From positions 311,692 through 375,691 of IMG/VR virus record IMGVR_UViG_3300033182_000980: a stretch of DNA of 64,000 bases, one strand, 5' to 3'. The translations under genes and the position numbers were made by a program. Shown here piece after piece: positions 1-8,880 of the stretch. The number at the start of each line of letters is the position of its first letter. The stretch's first letter is position 1. The notes under the pieces are model-generated. The model worked only from the letters and a program-made list of their open reading frames with translations, made no database searches and was not told the DNA's origin.

Positions 1-1
1 T

Positions 2-1216
2 ATTCTTCCTGTAACCGAACAGACAGATGGGTTTGACTCTGATAGGGCGAGCAATAGACCTAACGAGAACAGGACTCCTCCATTTATCGAATGGGTGCTA
101 GGAACACCTGTAGGGAATGATGCGTTTTCAGCTAAGGGCAAAGCTGAATACGGACTACCTGTCGTACCTAGTTTAGCAAATCTTGGAGTGGCGAATGGAG
201 AAACACCTTTCGCAGATCATGCGGCGACTCTCTTAAGAATCACACCTGTTGTCCCTAACACAGACGACTCTTTTGTGTCATTTACGAAGGGTGGGAAGCT
301 CAAGGCTAAGATTTCTAGTCCGTCACAAGATGCTTTTGAGGCTAGAGTAGAAGGTGGAGCTTTATTAGAGGTCAATAATGACTTGTCGATACAAAGTGAG
401 AGGACAACGGTCACAAGTGCGACCAAGACGAACATCAACTCTTTGGGGTCTGTTGAGATCAATGGTTCGGGTAGTGAAGAGGGAGAGCCATTAGGAGGTT
501 CTGACAACTCGGTGTCTGTTATTATCAAAGGCACTAAGCGTATCAGCATACAGTCGGACACAGCAGTAGCTTTCAAAGCACCTGTCGTTGATTTTTCTCA
601 AGTGGGTCAGTTGAGGTTAGCTTCATCCGACCAAATGGAGTTCAATACAGGGGCAGGGTTATCACAGACAGCCGATACGATTAAGCAATCGTCTATGGGT
701 CAGTTTGAGCAAGTGTGTGGTGGACCAGCAGGGTTTAACCCCCTTGCAGGACCAGCTCGAAAAGTGACGGTTACCGAGTCTCCTGCAACTGGTGGTGCAG
801 GATTACCTTCAGACTCATACACAAATGCTTTTGGTGGTAAGTCAGAAATCTACATTGGACCCGCCACGAACACCAAGACACTCGCTGTTGGTACAGAGAC
901 TACAACCATCACGGCAGGTTCAGATCAAACAGTTGTGGGTACGACTGTGCAAATGACCGACCCGACAGGCACTAAGTTTTTAGCTCCTGCAGGTTCTGTT
1001 GTAGCGACAGCAGGTACAGTCATAGCTATGGCGGCAAATGTGGTTGCGTTAAAAGGAACTGCGAATGTGTCTATAAGTGGAGCTTCTATTGTGCTTGGTT
1101 CTCCAGGTGCGGCTGTCGGACCAATCGTGTGTGGTTCGGACATACACCCGATCTTAGGTGTGCCTTTCTTGAGTTTCTGTCCACCTAGAGGTCAGAACCT
1201 AGCGATTCTACCTTAA
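2..1216 (+). CDS. Baseplate central spike protein (gp5/VgrG-like), C-terminal part; 5' end lies outside the window
   Basis: Frame is open from base 2, upstream of the track start at 95; repetitive small-residue beta-strand pattern (T/S/G/A/V/I) typical of a spike beta-helix; terminal HPILGVP segment. Confidence 0.6.
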   Translation: MLPVTEQTDGFDSDRASNRPNENRTPPFIEWVLGTPVGNDAFSAKGKAEYGLPVVPSLANLGVANGETPFADHAATLLRITPVVPNTDDSFVSFTKGGKLKAKISSPSQDAFEARVEGGALLEVNNDLSIQSERTTVTSATKTNINSLGSVEINGSGSEEGEPLGGSDNSVSVIIKGTKRISIQSDTAVAFKAPVVDFSQVGQLRLASSDQMEFNTGAGLSQTADTIKQSSMGQFEQVCGGPAGFNPLAGPARKVTVTESPATGGAGLPSDSYTNAFGGKSEIYIGPATNTKTLAVGTETTTITAGSDQTVVGTTVQMTDPTGTKFLAPAGSVVATAGTVIAMAANVVALKGTANVSISGASIVLGSPGAAVGPIVCGSDIHPILGVPFLSFCPPRGQNLAILP

Positions 1217-1674
1217 GGCCAGTAATAATCCATACCTGCTTCATCAAATGGGAAATAGTCTTTATAATGCTCGTAGTCTTTCTCTAAGAGCTTAGACCTA
1301 TGCGACCTATGGACTAACTCATTACCCCACCATACAGGGGCATTTTTGAACGCATTTGGGTGTTGTTCTCTCCAACCCTCAAAGCGTTCAAGCATGGTGT
1401 CTTTATATCCACGCTCAATCCATTCTTTACAAATGGCTTCCGAGTAAAGGCACAAGAACCACTCATGCCCTTTCCACATAAGGACAGCAGGGTGTTCAAT
1501 CCAACCCCTCTTACGCTTTACCCCACGCTTGTCTGTCATGTAGAGATCATTACGCTCTATATGACCAAGCGTGTTGAGTATCTGATAGGACTCGACCCTT
1601 TGCTTGCCGAGTCGTTGTCGATCTAAAGACCAAGAGATGAACTCAAGGTCATCACTAGGTACGAAGGTTTGCAT
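1213..1674 (-). CDS. Pyrimidine-dimer DNA glycosylase / T4 endonuclease V-like protein (MSMEG_6728-type)
   Basis: MQTFVP...LDRQRLGKQRVE...HPAVLMWKGH...EW.ERGYKDT...HRSHRSKLL.KD...YYWP family signature. Confidence 0.85.
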   Translation of the reverse strand: MQTFVPSDDLEFISWSLDRQRLGKQRVESYQILNTLGHIERNDLYMTDKRGVKRKRGWIEHPAVLMWKGHEWFLCLYSEAICKEWIERGYKDTMLERFEGWREQHPNAFKNAPVWWGNELVHRSHRSKLLEKDYEHYKDYFPFDEAGMDYYWP

Positions 1675-2099
1675 TAGCTCTCGTCCTCCTCTTTCAGACC
1701 TACTATGAACAGGGGAGATAAGAAGAGGGATAAGCCACTAAGAAAGCCAGTAGCCTTGCAAATGCCTATCGTGTCGTCTGCGTCCTCCATTTTTTGTTTT
1801 GCAGAAGATAGCTCTACTTGATCACTATCCGAAGGGACAGAGACACATTGCATCATCCATTTAGGGCGATACAGAGTTCCTGTCTCAGCTCCGACATACC
1901 TGTGGTATCGGGTGTGTGCTCCATGATACATTTTCCTGCCCCGATAGTAGACTAGCTCGGACATCCCATTACATTCCAATGGGATATGTGATTGAACACT
2001 ACCAACCTCTCTCCGAGCTGTTCGGTAGTCGCTGTAGGAAGAGGTACATTGTACTACCGACAGACTAAACATGATTGTTAAGGTTATTAGGGCGTTCAT
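1674..2099 (-). CDS. Membrane protein (N- and C-terminal hydrophobic segments)
   Basis: SD AAAGGAGA, class I motif at 2137-2147, two hydrophobic stretches. Confidence 0.7.
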   Translation of the reverse strand: MNALITLTIMFSLSVVQCTSSYSDYRTARREVGSVQSHIPLECNGMSELVYYRGRKMYHGAHTRYHRYVGAETGTLYRPKWMMQCVSVPSDSDQVELSSAKQKMEDADDTIGICKATGFLSGLSLFLSPLFIVGLKEEDES

Positions 2100-2188
2100 T
2101 TGTTCTCCTTTGAGAGTAGTTATATTATGTTATGTATAAGGGGTTACGCTTCCTAGATTATCTATTGTCGCACCTTATGTAAGGAGGT

Positions 2189-2482
2189 GTGATAATGAGA
2201 ACACTAAACGAAGCCATAGTTATTGTTAAGAGCCTGTTTTCTGCTCCATTGGGTAGTTTCCCTAAAGGTGGGATAGAAAGCTCTTTAAGGGTGCGTTTAA
2301 GCACCTCTCCGACCACACTCACACTGATCTCTGAACATGACTTGTCAGTTTCTCTTAGTAGGGGTGAGGACAAGTGGATCGTTCATTATCTTGATGTTGA
2401 GAGAACCTTTGATGACTTAGGTGATGCTGTCTTTGCTTTGGTCGAGCCTATCATCCGAGTTGAGGTGTCAAAGCGTTTATAG
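2189..2482 (+). CDS. Hypothetical protein
   Basis: SD AAGGAGG; late-type motif TAGATTATCTAT at 2154-2165. Confidence 0.6.
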   Translation: MIMRTLNEAIVIVKSLFSAPLGSFPKGGIESSLRVRLSTSPTTLTLISEHDLSVSLSRGEDKWIVHYLDVERTFDDLGDAVFALVEPIIRVEVSKRL

Positions 2483-2539
2483 TTTCTTTATGGGTTCGCC
2501 ATTGGTGATCTAACCTTAACCGACAATGGAGACTGACTT

Positions 2540-3208
2540 ATGAGAAGATCAGCCAGCGAGATTATTAGAAATCTTGAGATGAGGGTGACTCGTCTTGAAA
2601 AAGAAGCTAAAGAGTCATACCCTTGGGATGACTGCATGAAAGACCAAATGGAGCAGTATGGAGACGAAGAAACTGCGGCCAAGGTCTGTGGTAAAATCAA
2701 AGCACAATCACAAGGTCTAGGTAAGTACAAGTCAGCCAGCGTCACAGAGCGTGATGTCATTGACGCTATGAATAAGTTTAAGAGCCTATATGAAGCTGGG
2801 TTCTTAGACAGGGCTACTTATGAGACTCATTGGGATAGGCTTCAAGATCAACTCGCTGACTTTAGGCTTGAAGATGATGATCTTGACGATCCCTCAGTGC
2901 CAAAGGTTGGGGACATTCTTTACTCGTCATGGGGATACAATATGACCCTCGTTGATTTCTACAAGGTCATGGCAGTCTCTCCAAGTGGTAAGTCCATCAC
3001 CCTGCAAATGCTAGAGTCAGATGTAGTAGACGGTGATGCTGGTTATTCGGGTCATGTTATGCCCTCAAGACATGAGAACAGGCGTGAGAAGCCAATCAAG
3101 AACAAAAGGGTATCACCGAGTCGTGATGGGTACTCTGTTAAGATCAACTCATCAGCTAATGCTTACAAGTGGGACGGCAAGAAGAAATACTTCAATCGCA
3201 TGGATTAG
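2540..3208 (+). CDS. MRRSASE-leader protein 1 (leader + YPWDDC mini-domain + SWGY domain)
   Basis: Leader shared with 6245 and 54303; C-terminal VGDILYSSWGYNMTLVDFYKV resembles a common phage domain. Confidence 0.85.
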   Translation: MRRSASEIIRNLEMRVTRLEKEAKESYPWDDCMKDQMEQYGDEETAAKVCGKIKAQSQGLGKYKSASVTERDVIDAMNKFKSLYEAGFLDRATYETHWDRLQDQLADFRLEDDDLDDPSVPKVGDILYSSWGYNMTLVDFYKVMAVSPSGKSITLQMLESDVVDGDAGYSGHVMPSRHENRREKPIKNKRVSPSRDGYSVKINSSANAYKWDGKKKYFNRMD

Positions 3209-3476
3209 GCTTCCAACGGTATGTATGGACGACCTCATCATTCACCATTTGAGCGTCATGGGTGAAAGTGCCATTGTCATAGAAGTAGGTTAAGAGCTTG
3301 CCCTTTTGAGAGGCTACATCTTTGTGTACCATCTCAAGCTCATCAATGGTGATGACATCGGCTTTGGTGAAACCCTCGATCTCACCTTGCTCATTGTAGA
3401 CCACCTCTGCGATCATGCCGATCTCATCTTCGCCCTCTTGGGCGACCTTTATCATACGATAGTTCCAGTTAAACAT
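3192..3476 (-). CDS. Hypothetical protein
   Basis: WNYRM..A.....I.EV.YNE.G pattern common in phage ORFs; coupled to the upstream gene. Confidence 0.65.
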   Translation of the reverse strand: MFNWNYRMIKVAQEGEDEIGMIAEVVYNEQGEIEGFTKADVITIDELEMVHKDVASQKGKLLTYFYDNGTFTHDAQMVNDEVVHTYRWKPNPCD

Positions 3477-3477
3477 T

Positions 3478-3933
3478 TTAGTCTCCGTGTACGAGTTGGT
3501 TGTATGTTTCCTCTAGGCTTTTTAGGTCGTGCTTAAGCATCAGTAGGTCTTGGATTTCGGAAGCTAGACCCCAGTTTCCATGATCTATGCCCTCACCATT
3601 GGTTGGGGATTTACAATCCTTGTAGTAGGAGTGTATCTCTTCCCCTGGATAACACGCTGGATCACGAGGGTCATATCCATCAGCGATACATTCCTCGATA
3701 TAGTCTGATCCATACTCAGCCTCGTAGTCCAAAGGGATGAGGTCTTTGGTCATGTCTAGTGGGTCAAGACCTTTGAGGACACATTCTTTACACAGGATTG
3801 TCTCATAACACCCATTATAAGAGGGAATGACCCGACCACCTCGACCCATACAGGCTTTGCAAGAGCGAGGGTGCTGTTGAACGATTTGAGCATGGATTTG
3901 AGCGATCTTTGTGTCTATGGCTTGTTGGTTCAT
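3478..3933 (-). CDS. CxxCxGxGG zinc-finger protein (paralog of 43599, 49194, 49740)
   Basis: HPRSCKACMGRGG...CKECVLKGLDPLD; start moved to the ATG at 3933 after SD AAAGGAGA. Confidence 0.75.
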   Translation of the reverse strand: MNQQAIDTKIAQIHAQIVQQHPRSCKACMGRGGRVIPSYNGCYETILCKECVLKGLDPLDMTKDLIPLDYEAEYGSDYIEECIADGYDPRDPACYPGEEIHSYYKDCKSPTNGEGIDHGNWGLASEIQDLLMLKHDLKSLEETYNQLVHGD

Positions 3934-3970
3934 TTGGTTCTCCTTTATAGAGTTAGTGATGTTCAAAGAC

Positions 3971-4288
3971 CTACTCGTCTGTGTAGATGATTGTGCAGTT
4001 TCCCGACACCCCTGCACTTACTGGCTTGGTGGTGTCGATGTGTCTCCACTCACCGTCCACAGCGATGACATCCCATCGGGCGAAGTACCCGTCGCTGTGT
4101 TGCTCATTCATGATCTTCCCTGTGGATAGACCATGAAAGATAAGTCGCTCACCGCTGTAGCATTTAACCTCGGCTCGATTGCCAAGTACAGCGTACTTAT
4201 CCCAATCGGCATCGGTACAGCCTGTAAAGACCTCTAGGGCAACGATTAGACAGATCCCCATGAGGGGATAAAACACATTGTTTCTCAT
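3971..4288 (-). CDS. Putative lipoprotein
   Basis: Signal peptide ending VFTGC; start moved to 4288. Confidence 0.65.
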   Translation of the reverse strand: MRNNVFYPLMGICLIVALEVFTGCTDADWDKYAVLGNRAEVKCYSGERLIFHGLSTGKIMNEQHSDGYFARWDVIAVDGEWRHIDTTKPVSAGVSGNCTIIYTDE

Positions 4289-4289
4289 A

Positions 4290-4616
4290 CTACTTTCCTT
4301 GAGTGTATTCGGGTTTAGAGTCATAGTCCAAAGAGCGTTGACGAGGGGTGCGAGTATCGCCTTCTGGCTTAGGTTGGAAAACGATGCTTGCACCTACCTC
4401 GATGGGTGATCCGATGCTCTTTAGGTTCTCCCCAATCTTTGAGCTAACATAGAAGCTCACATCAGCGAACATATTCATACCTTGACGGTAGTCTCCCTCA
4501 CCTAAGACCACTCGGAAGATTTGATCAAGAGCCTCTTGGTCTGACATAGTGCTAGGCACTTTTACATTCTTGAGGACAAGCCCCAAGTCGATGTTCATTT
4601 CTCTGGTATCTGACAT
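4290..4616 (-). CDS. Hypothetical protein
   Basis: SD, tight operon spacing. Confidence 0.65.
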   Translation of the reverse strand: MSDTREMNIDLGLVLKNVKVPSTMSDQEALDQIFRVVLGEGDYRQGMNMFADVSFYVSSKIGENLKSIGSPIEVGASIVFQPKPEGDTRTPRQRSLDYDSKPEYTQGK

Positions 4617-4631
4617 GGTATTCCTTCTTTC

Positions 4632-5099
4632 TTAAGAGAGAGTGCTTGGTGTTGAGAGGTTAGGGTGGAGGCGATACTTGAGCGTCTTGACCTTATCCTC
4701 GCCTTGATCCTGTAGCTTATCGAAGCCATGTAAGACTCGGTAGGTTAGCTCGACACAAGACCCATAAGCGTCATAGTCCGAAGCGACACGCCCTGTACCT
4801 TGACAGGCATTTGAGAGGGCTTTCCAAGTTGGCTCAGCCCCATTGAGTAGTCGAGTGATGTTCTCGATAGCTCGACCCTTTTCAAAGGTATAAGAGTTGC
4901 GACCCCATGCGGTCACTCGGACAAAGAGGTTTTTGAGAGGGAGTCGGATAACATACTCCCACACATTCCATCGGTCGCTTGAGTCAGAGCGACCATAGGC
5001 GAACTCGACCTCACCGATGATCTCACCGTCTCGGACGATGACATCGGTCTTGTTGTAGTGGCTCTTATCGCCACGCTTATAACCCACTAACTTTATCAT
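4632..5099 (-). CDS. Hypothetical protein
   Basis: SD AAAGGAGA; class I motif and hairpin at 5127-5172. Confidence 0.75.
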   Translation of the reverse strand: MIKLVGYKRGDKSHYNKTDVIVRDGEIIGEVEFAYGRSDSSDRWNVWEYVIRLPLKNLFVRVTAWGRNSYTFEKGRAIENITRLLNGAEPTWKALSNACQGTGRVASDYDAYGSCVELTYRVLHGFDKLQDQGEDKVKTLKYRLHPNLSTPSTLS

Positions 5100-5180
5100 A
5101 GTGTCTCCTTTATGAGAGTTGATATGGAGGCTGACTTAGCCTCACTACACTATGATATAGATAAGGGGTTACAACAGCTC

Positions 5181-5564
5181 TTATCCTTCAGGGAACAGGT
5201 TGTCTACGCTCTCCTCAACAAAGGGGGAGGGTTCTTCCTCTTGAGCGTTCTGATTGCCTTGGTGAGCGAGGAGTCGTACCTCAATGGACTTACCGAACAG
5301 TTGCTTGCGTGAGAGCGATTTAACGATGTCCTTATCCCATTCAACCACGCTGTACAGATCGGTGTCCTCAAAGTCGAACATATCTGTATGAACAAGTGCG
5401 AGCTTGAGGGCATCAGAAGGTGTCTCGGCAAAGTCGGTGCGTATGATCTTATACTCATCATCTTCATCAGACCTTGAGGACAGACAGATCCCGAACGCAT
5501 ATTGATTGCGAGGCATGGATTTGAGGAAAAAGGATGAGCCACGCTTTGGCTTAAAGTTATTCAT
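5181..5564 (-). CDS. Hypothetical protein
   Basis: SD AGGAGA; TTCATATAA motif about 40 bp upstream. Confidence 0.7.
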   Translation of the reverse strand: MNNFKPKRGSSFFLKSMPRNQYAFGICLSSRSDEDDEYKIIRTDFAETPSDALKLALVHTDMFDFEDTDLYSVVEWDKDIVKSLSRKQLFGKSIEVRLLAHQGNQNAQEEEPSPFVEESVDNLFPEG

Positions 5565-5602
5565 ATTGTCATCTCCTGTAGGAGTGGTTGTTGATTTTTA
5601 GG

Positions 5603-5914
5603 TTATATGAAAAGTAGGATTACCGAGACTGAAAAGCAGAGGTTTCTCACAAATAAGAGAGAAGCCCTTTCGACAACCAGATCCTTGATCTCCTCGTTAT
5701 TCTCCATGTCCTCATATCGTATGAGTGAACCATTCTCTATGTGGTCAATCGTCTCTGGATCATCAAGGTTGTCTTGGATCAGCAGGTACTTTTGAAAGTC
5801 TGATCTGTTCTCTGCGATTTCTTGTAGCTTTAAGAACACGAGATGGAGCAGAGCTTTACTGCGAATATGAGTGTAAGCGACAGCTACGCCAAGTGCGATT
5901 AAAAGTGGAGTCAT
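5603..5914 (-). CDS. Membrane protein
   Basis: Hydrophobic N- and C-termini. Confidence 0.65.
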   Translation of the reverse strand: MTPLLIALGVAVAYTHIRSKALLHLVFLKLQEIAENRSDFQKYLLIQDNLDDPETIDHIENGSLIRYEDMENNEEIKDLVVERASLLFVRNLCFSVSVILLFI

Positions 5915-6169
5915 TTAGTTTCCGAAGTTATCCTTTGGTTTCTTGATGTGGTTAGCAAGCTCTTTCCATTGAGCTTTACTTACGGATGAGTTTTTGAAGT
6001 AGTTGTTCTTGACCATCTTGTAAGATGATTCTGGAAAGTCTCGTTGAGATGCCTTAGCCCCTTGTGAGTTTTCAAGTAGCTCCTCGAACTCTTTGAATGG
6101 GACATCCGCCATAGAACAAATGACCTCTAAGGCTCTCTCTGCTGGTGTTTTGTTTCGACCTCTAGCCAT
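5915..6169 (-). CDS. Hypothetical protein
   Basis: SD AAAGGAG; ATCATATAA motif at 6211-6219. Confidence 0.7.
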   Translation of the reverse strand: MARGRNKTPAERALEVICSMADVPFKEFEELLENSQGAKASQRDFPESSYKMVKNNYFKNSSVSKAQWKELANHIKKPKDNFGN

Positions 6170-6244
6170 GATGGGTACTCCTTTGTAGTTTATTTATTGG
6201 CTACCAATGTTTATATGATTTAACCCTTGAATGGAGAATGACTT

Positions 6245-6694
6245 ATGAGAAGATCAGCTAGTGAAATTATTAATGACCTTGAGATGAGGGTCGCTCGTCT
6301 TGAGAAATCAGCAGTCAACCTCAGAATGAATCCAGCTAAAAAGAGTTCGGGTATAGAAGAGGTGGTTGATGCCCTTAAAGACGGAAGCCTTAACCTCTAT
6401 GAGTTAAGCGACTTTGCTGTGAACACCTTGAGGGACAACTATCGAAGCCTCAAAGAAGTGAGACTAAGGAAAGAGTATGAGCAGAAACTCAGCGAGATCA
6501 ACCCAAGTGCAGACCTTCGTAAGCTCCATGATTGGTATGCTCGACAAATGCGAGGTGATGTTGCTGGTGAGGCGAGCTTTAAGAAGTTTATGAAGCTGAA
6601 GCCAGATGTTGACTTAGGGATTCCCCTTCACTCAAGTATCAAGTATTACCTCTATCAAGCTCTGATTGCAAACCAGACACTTAGACTACCTTAA
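6245..6694 (+). CDS. MRRSASE-leader protein 2
   Basis: MRRSASEIINDLEMRVARLEKSA leader; TAGTTTATTTAT at 6186. Confidence 0.85.
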   Translation: MRRSASEIINDLEMRVARLEKSAVNLRMNPAKKSSGIEEVVDALKDGSLNLYELSDFAVNTLRDNYRSLKEVRLRKEYEQKLSEINPSADLRKLHDWYARQMRGDVAGEASFKKFMKLKPDVDLGIPLHSSIKYYLYQALIANQTLRLP

Positions 6695-6699
6695 GGGAG

Positions 6700-6999
6700 G
6701 TGATGAAAATGGCACACTGCATCCTTCTAAAAAGACACCTAGATAACCTTGAGCTTGAAGCCTGTATGCTTTTGAAAGCCTATGAGAAAAACTCACATTT
6801 CATCGCTAAATGTGCCGAGAAATCAAATGTCACCCTCACCAAGTCAAGAGTACAAGGTGGCGAGTCTGGTGATTTTATTTTCTTTTGGGTAGTTCCAAGT
6901 ATGTTTAATAATAGACTACCCGCTAAGGCACAGTTAAATAGGCTTAACGATTTTGTTGATCGGTTAGAAAGCACTAAACTTATTGTAGATATAATCTAA
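6700..6999 (+). CDS. Hypothetical protein
   Basis: SD GGGAGG directly after the upstream stop. Confidence 0.55.
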   Translation: MMKMAHCILLKRHLDNLELEACMLLKAYEKNSHFIAKCAEKSNVTLTKSRVQGGESGDFIFFWVVPSMFNNRLPAKAQLNRLNDFVDRLESTKLIVDII

Positions 7000-7280
7000 T
7001 TGTTTTTCTTAACATAGACACCGTATCTAGCTCTGCCGATCAATCCCATCTGCTTCATATTTCCTAGCTCTTGGGAGATCTGGTCTCTTAGTCGGACACG
7101 ATCTTTGGTGCTAGTAGTCTTTGAGGTTTTAGACTCGCCCTTCCTTAGATGAAAAGAGGGGTTGAGATTCTTGCCTTTGATATAAGCGTTGAGACAATCT
7201 TCAACTGTTTGTGGTGTTCCCACTTGGTTGAAGTGTATAGTTAAAAAGCGTCTTATATCTTGTCTTCTACTTATAGGCAT
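6996..7280 (-). CDS. Putative winged-helix (Mrr-N-like) DNA-binding protein
   Basis: LRDQISQELGNMKQMGLIGRARYGVY wing pattern; start uncertain. Confidence 0.5.
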   Translation of the reverse strand: MPISRRQDIRRFLTIHFNQVGTPQTVEDCLNAYIKGKNLNPSFHLRKGESKTSKTTSTKDRVRLRDQISQELGNMKQMGLIGRARYGVYVKKNN

Positions 7281-7284
7281 AGTG

Positions 7285-7626
7285 ATGTTCACAGAGATTA
7301 AAAATGGTAAGCGTTGTTGTCAATATCCTTCACTTTATATTACCCCTTGGGATTACCTTAAAGCAGTTTTAAATGAGTCTGGTTTTGTAGATCAACAGAA
7401 GGCATCTTCAAGGGAGTACATTGTAAAGGGTTGTGATAACAAGATTTTGCTCTATGTGAAGTTCAACACAGAAGAAATGTGTAAGATCGTATTTGTCGCT
7501 GAGTGCGGTGAGAATCTGTCTTGTGAGCTATATTGGAATCACCGAGGCAACTTCCATGAGAACGGAGACTTGGTTCTCTTTAACATTCGGAAGATCTGGT
7601 CCTCTTTGACCACTCTTGACGAATGA
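7285..7626 (+). CDS. ExGF/IRxxW family protein
   Basis: VLNESGF and FNIRKIW; start moved to the ATG at 7285. Confidence 0.6.
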   Translation: MFTEIKNGKRCCQYPSLYITPWDYLKAVLNESGFVDQQKASSREYIVKGCDNKILLYVKFNTEEMCKIVFVAECGENLSCELYWNHRGNFHENGDLVLFNIRKIWSSLTTLDE

Positions 7627-7903
7627 GGTCAAAGAAATCTTGAGAATCACTTATGAGATAGGGGCATTGATTATCGAAACCCCATGTGGCGTTGTTAGTA
7701 TTCACTAGGATGTAAATATCTGTATCAGCTAAGTACCAACGCTCCACCCCTGCATATTCCCCATACTTTTTGAACCCACTCTCGATAAGTCCGACAGAAA
7801 AGAACATCAAACATTTGTTCTCTTTGCCCTCTTTAAACGCTTCTAGGGCTTTGTTCGACCATCCTCTTTTGAAGTCGATTTTGTTTGTGGCGAGAGAGAT
7901 CAT
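7580..7903 (-). CDS. ExGF/IRxxW family protein
   Basis: LIESGF and DLIRQEW; ATGA overlap with the upstream gene. Confidence 0.65.
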   Translation of the reverse strand: MISLATNKIDFKRGWSNKALEAFKEGKENKCLMFFSVGLIESGFKKYGEYAGVERWYLADTDIYILVNTNNATWGFDNQCPYLISDSQDFFDLIRQEWSKRTRSSEC

Positions 7904-8880
7904 AGGGCTGTGTTATCCTCCTCACCTGTATCAACATCATCAAGCAATGATTTGTAATAAGGCTCTGGCCCACGATCTCTAGGCTTACTAAAGTCGGGTA
8001 CACTTGATGCCACACTATCCACAGTGTTTGGTGCAGGAGCACCTTGTACGGTATCGCTAGAACCTGGGAGCTGTTCTTGATCCATCGCTTCAAAGAAGTT
8101 GAGGTCAATGTTGGTCACGATATGTGAGAGGTGTACCTCATCGAGTTGCTTGTTCGGGTCATAGGGGGCGAGTTGAGCTGTTGTGCCAGAGAGAGCATTG
8201 AACAAGATGTCGTCTCTTTCGATTAACAACTGTTCTCTTAAATCACAGAGCTTGATGATCCTCGCTTCGAGGTTGTTCCTCAAGTGTGAGATTTCTTGTG
8301 TCGCCCATTTACGGGCATGGTATACCACACCACCTATTTGATCTGCTCTTGGATAAATACTCTTATTACTGCCACCTAACCTCCAACCAGGAAACTTTAG
8401 AACAGGCAACCACCCCGAAGTATCTATCTGCTCTGACTCTTCTGCTGTCGCAGTTCTAGGGTATAGGACACCACCGTATGGCTGATCATAGCTCTTGTAA
8501 ACATTCCGAGTATTGCCTTGTGAGTCTGTTACTCTAGGTTGATCTACTCCTGGTTCAGTTTCTCGCTCAATCCAATCATAAGAGTCTGGTCTTAAAAACA
8601 TGGATATATCAAAGGGGTTTCCACCTTGAGCGATATATGCTTTTAAGAGCTTTCCGAGAGCAGAGTTGACATCGACATCAAGTCCGACTCTTTTTTCAGT
8701 ACAGACTTGAGCTTCTCCTTCACCCGTCTTTTCATAGGTGATGCGTATCTCTCCTATGCGATTGATCTCTTTATTGATGTGGTTGATCCGATAACCAACA
8801 TTCTGTCTTTGCAATAGGACAAAGCGTCTAAACTCTAGCCATTGCCCTTTACGAAACATACAGTTCCAACCGAAGCTCAT
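7900..8880 (-). CDS. Putative virion structural protein
   Basis: 326 aa, translationally coupled in the operon with the giant protein. Confidence 0.6.
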   Translation of the reverse strand: MSFGWNCMFRKGQWLEFRRFVLLQRQNVGYRINHINKEINRIGEIRITYEKTGEGEAQVCTEKRVGLDVDVNSALGKLLKAYIAQGGNPFDISMFLRPDSYDWIERETEPGVDQPRVTDSQGNTRNVYKSYDQPYGGVLYPRTATAEESEQIDTSGWLPVLKFPGWRLGGSNKSIYPRADQIGGVVYHARKWATQEISHLRNNLEARIIKLCDLREQLLIERDDILFNALSGTTAQLAPYDPNKQLDEVHLSHIVTNIDLNFFEAMDQEQLPGSSDTVQGAPAPNTVDSVASSVPDFSKPRDRGPEPYYKSLLDDVDTGEEDNTAL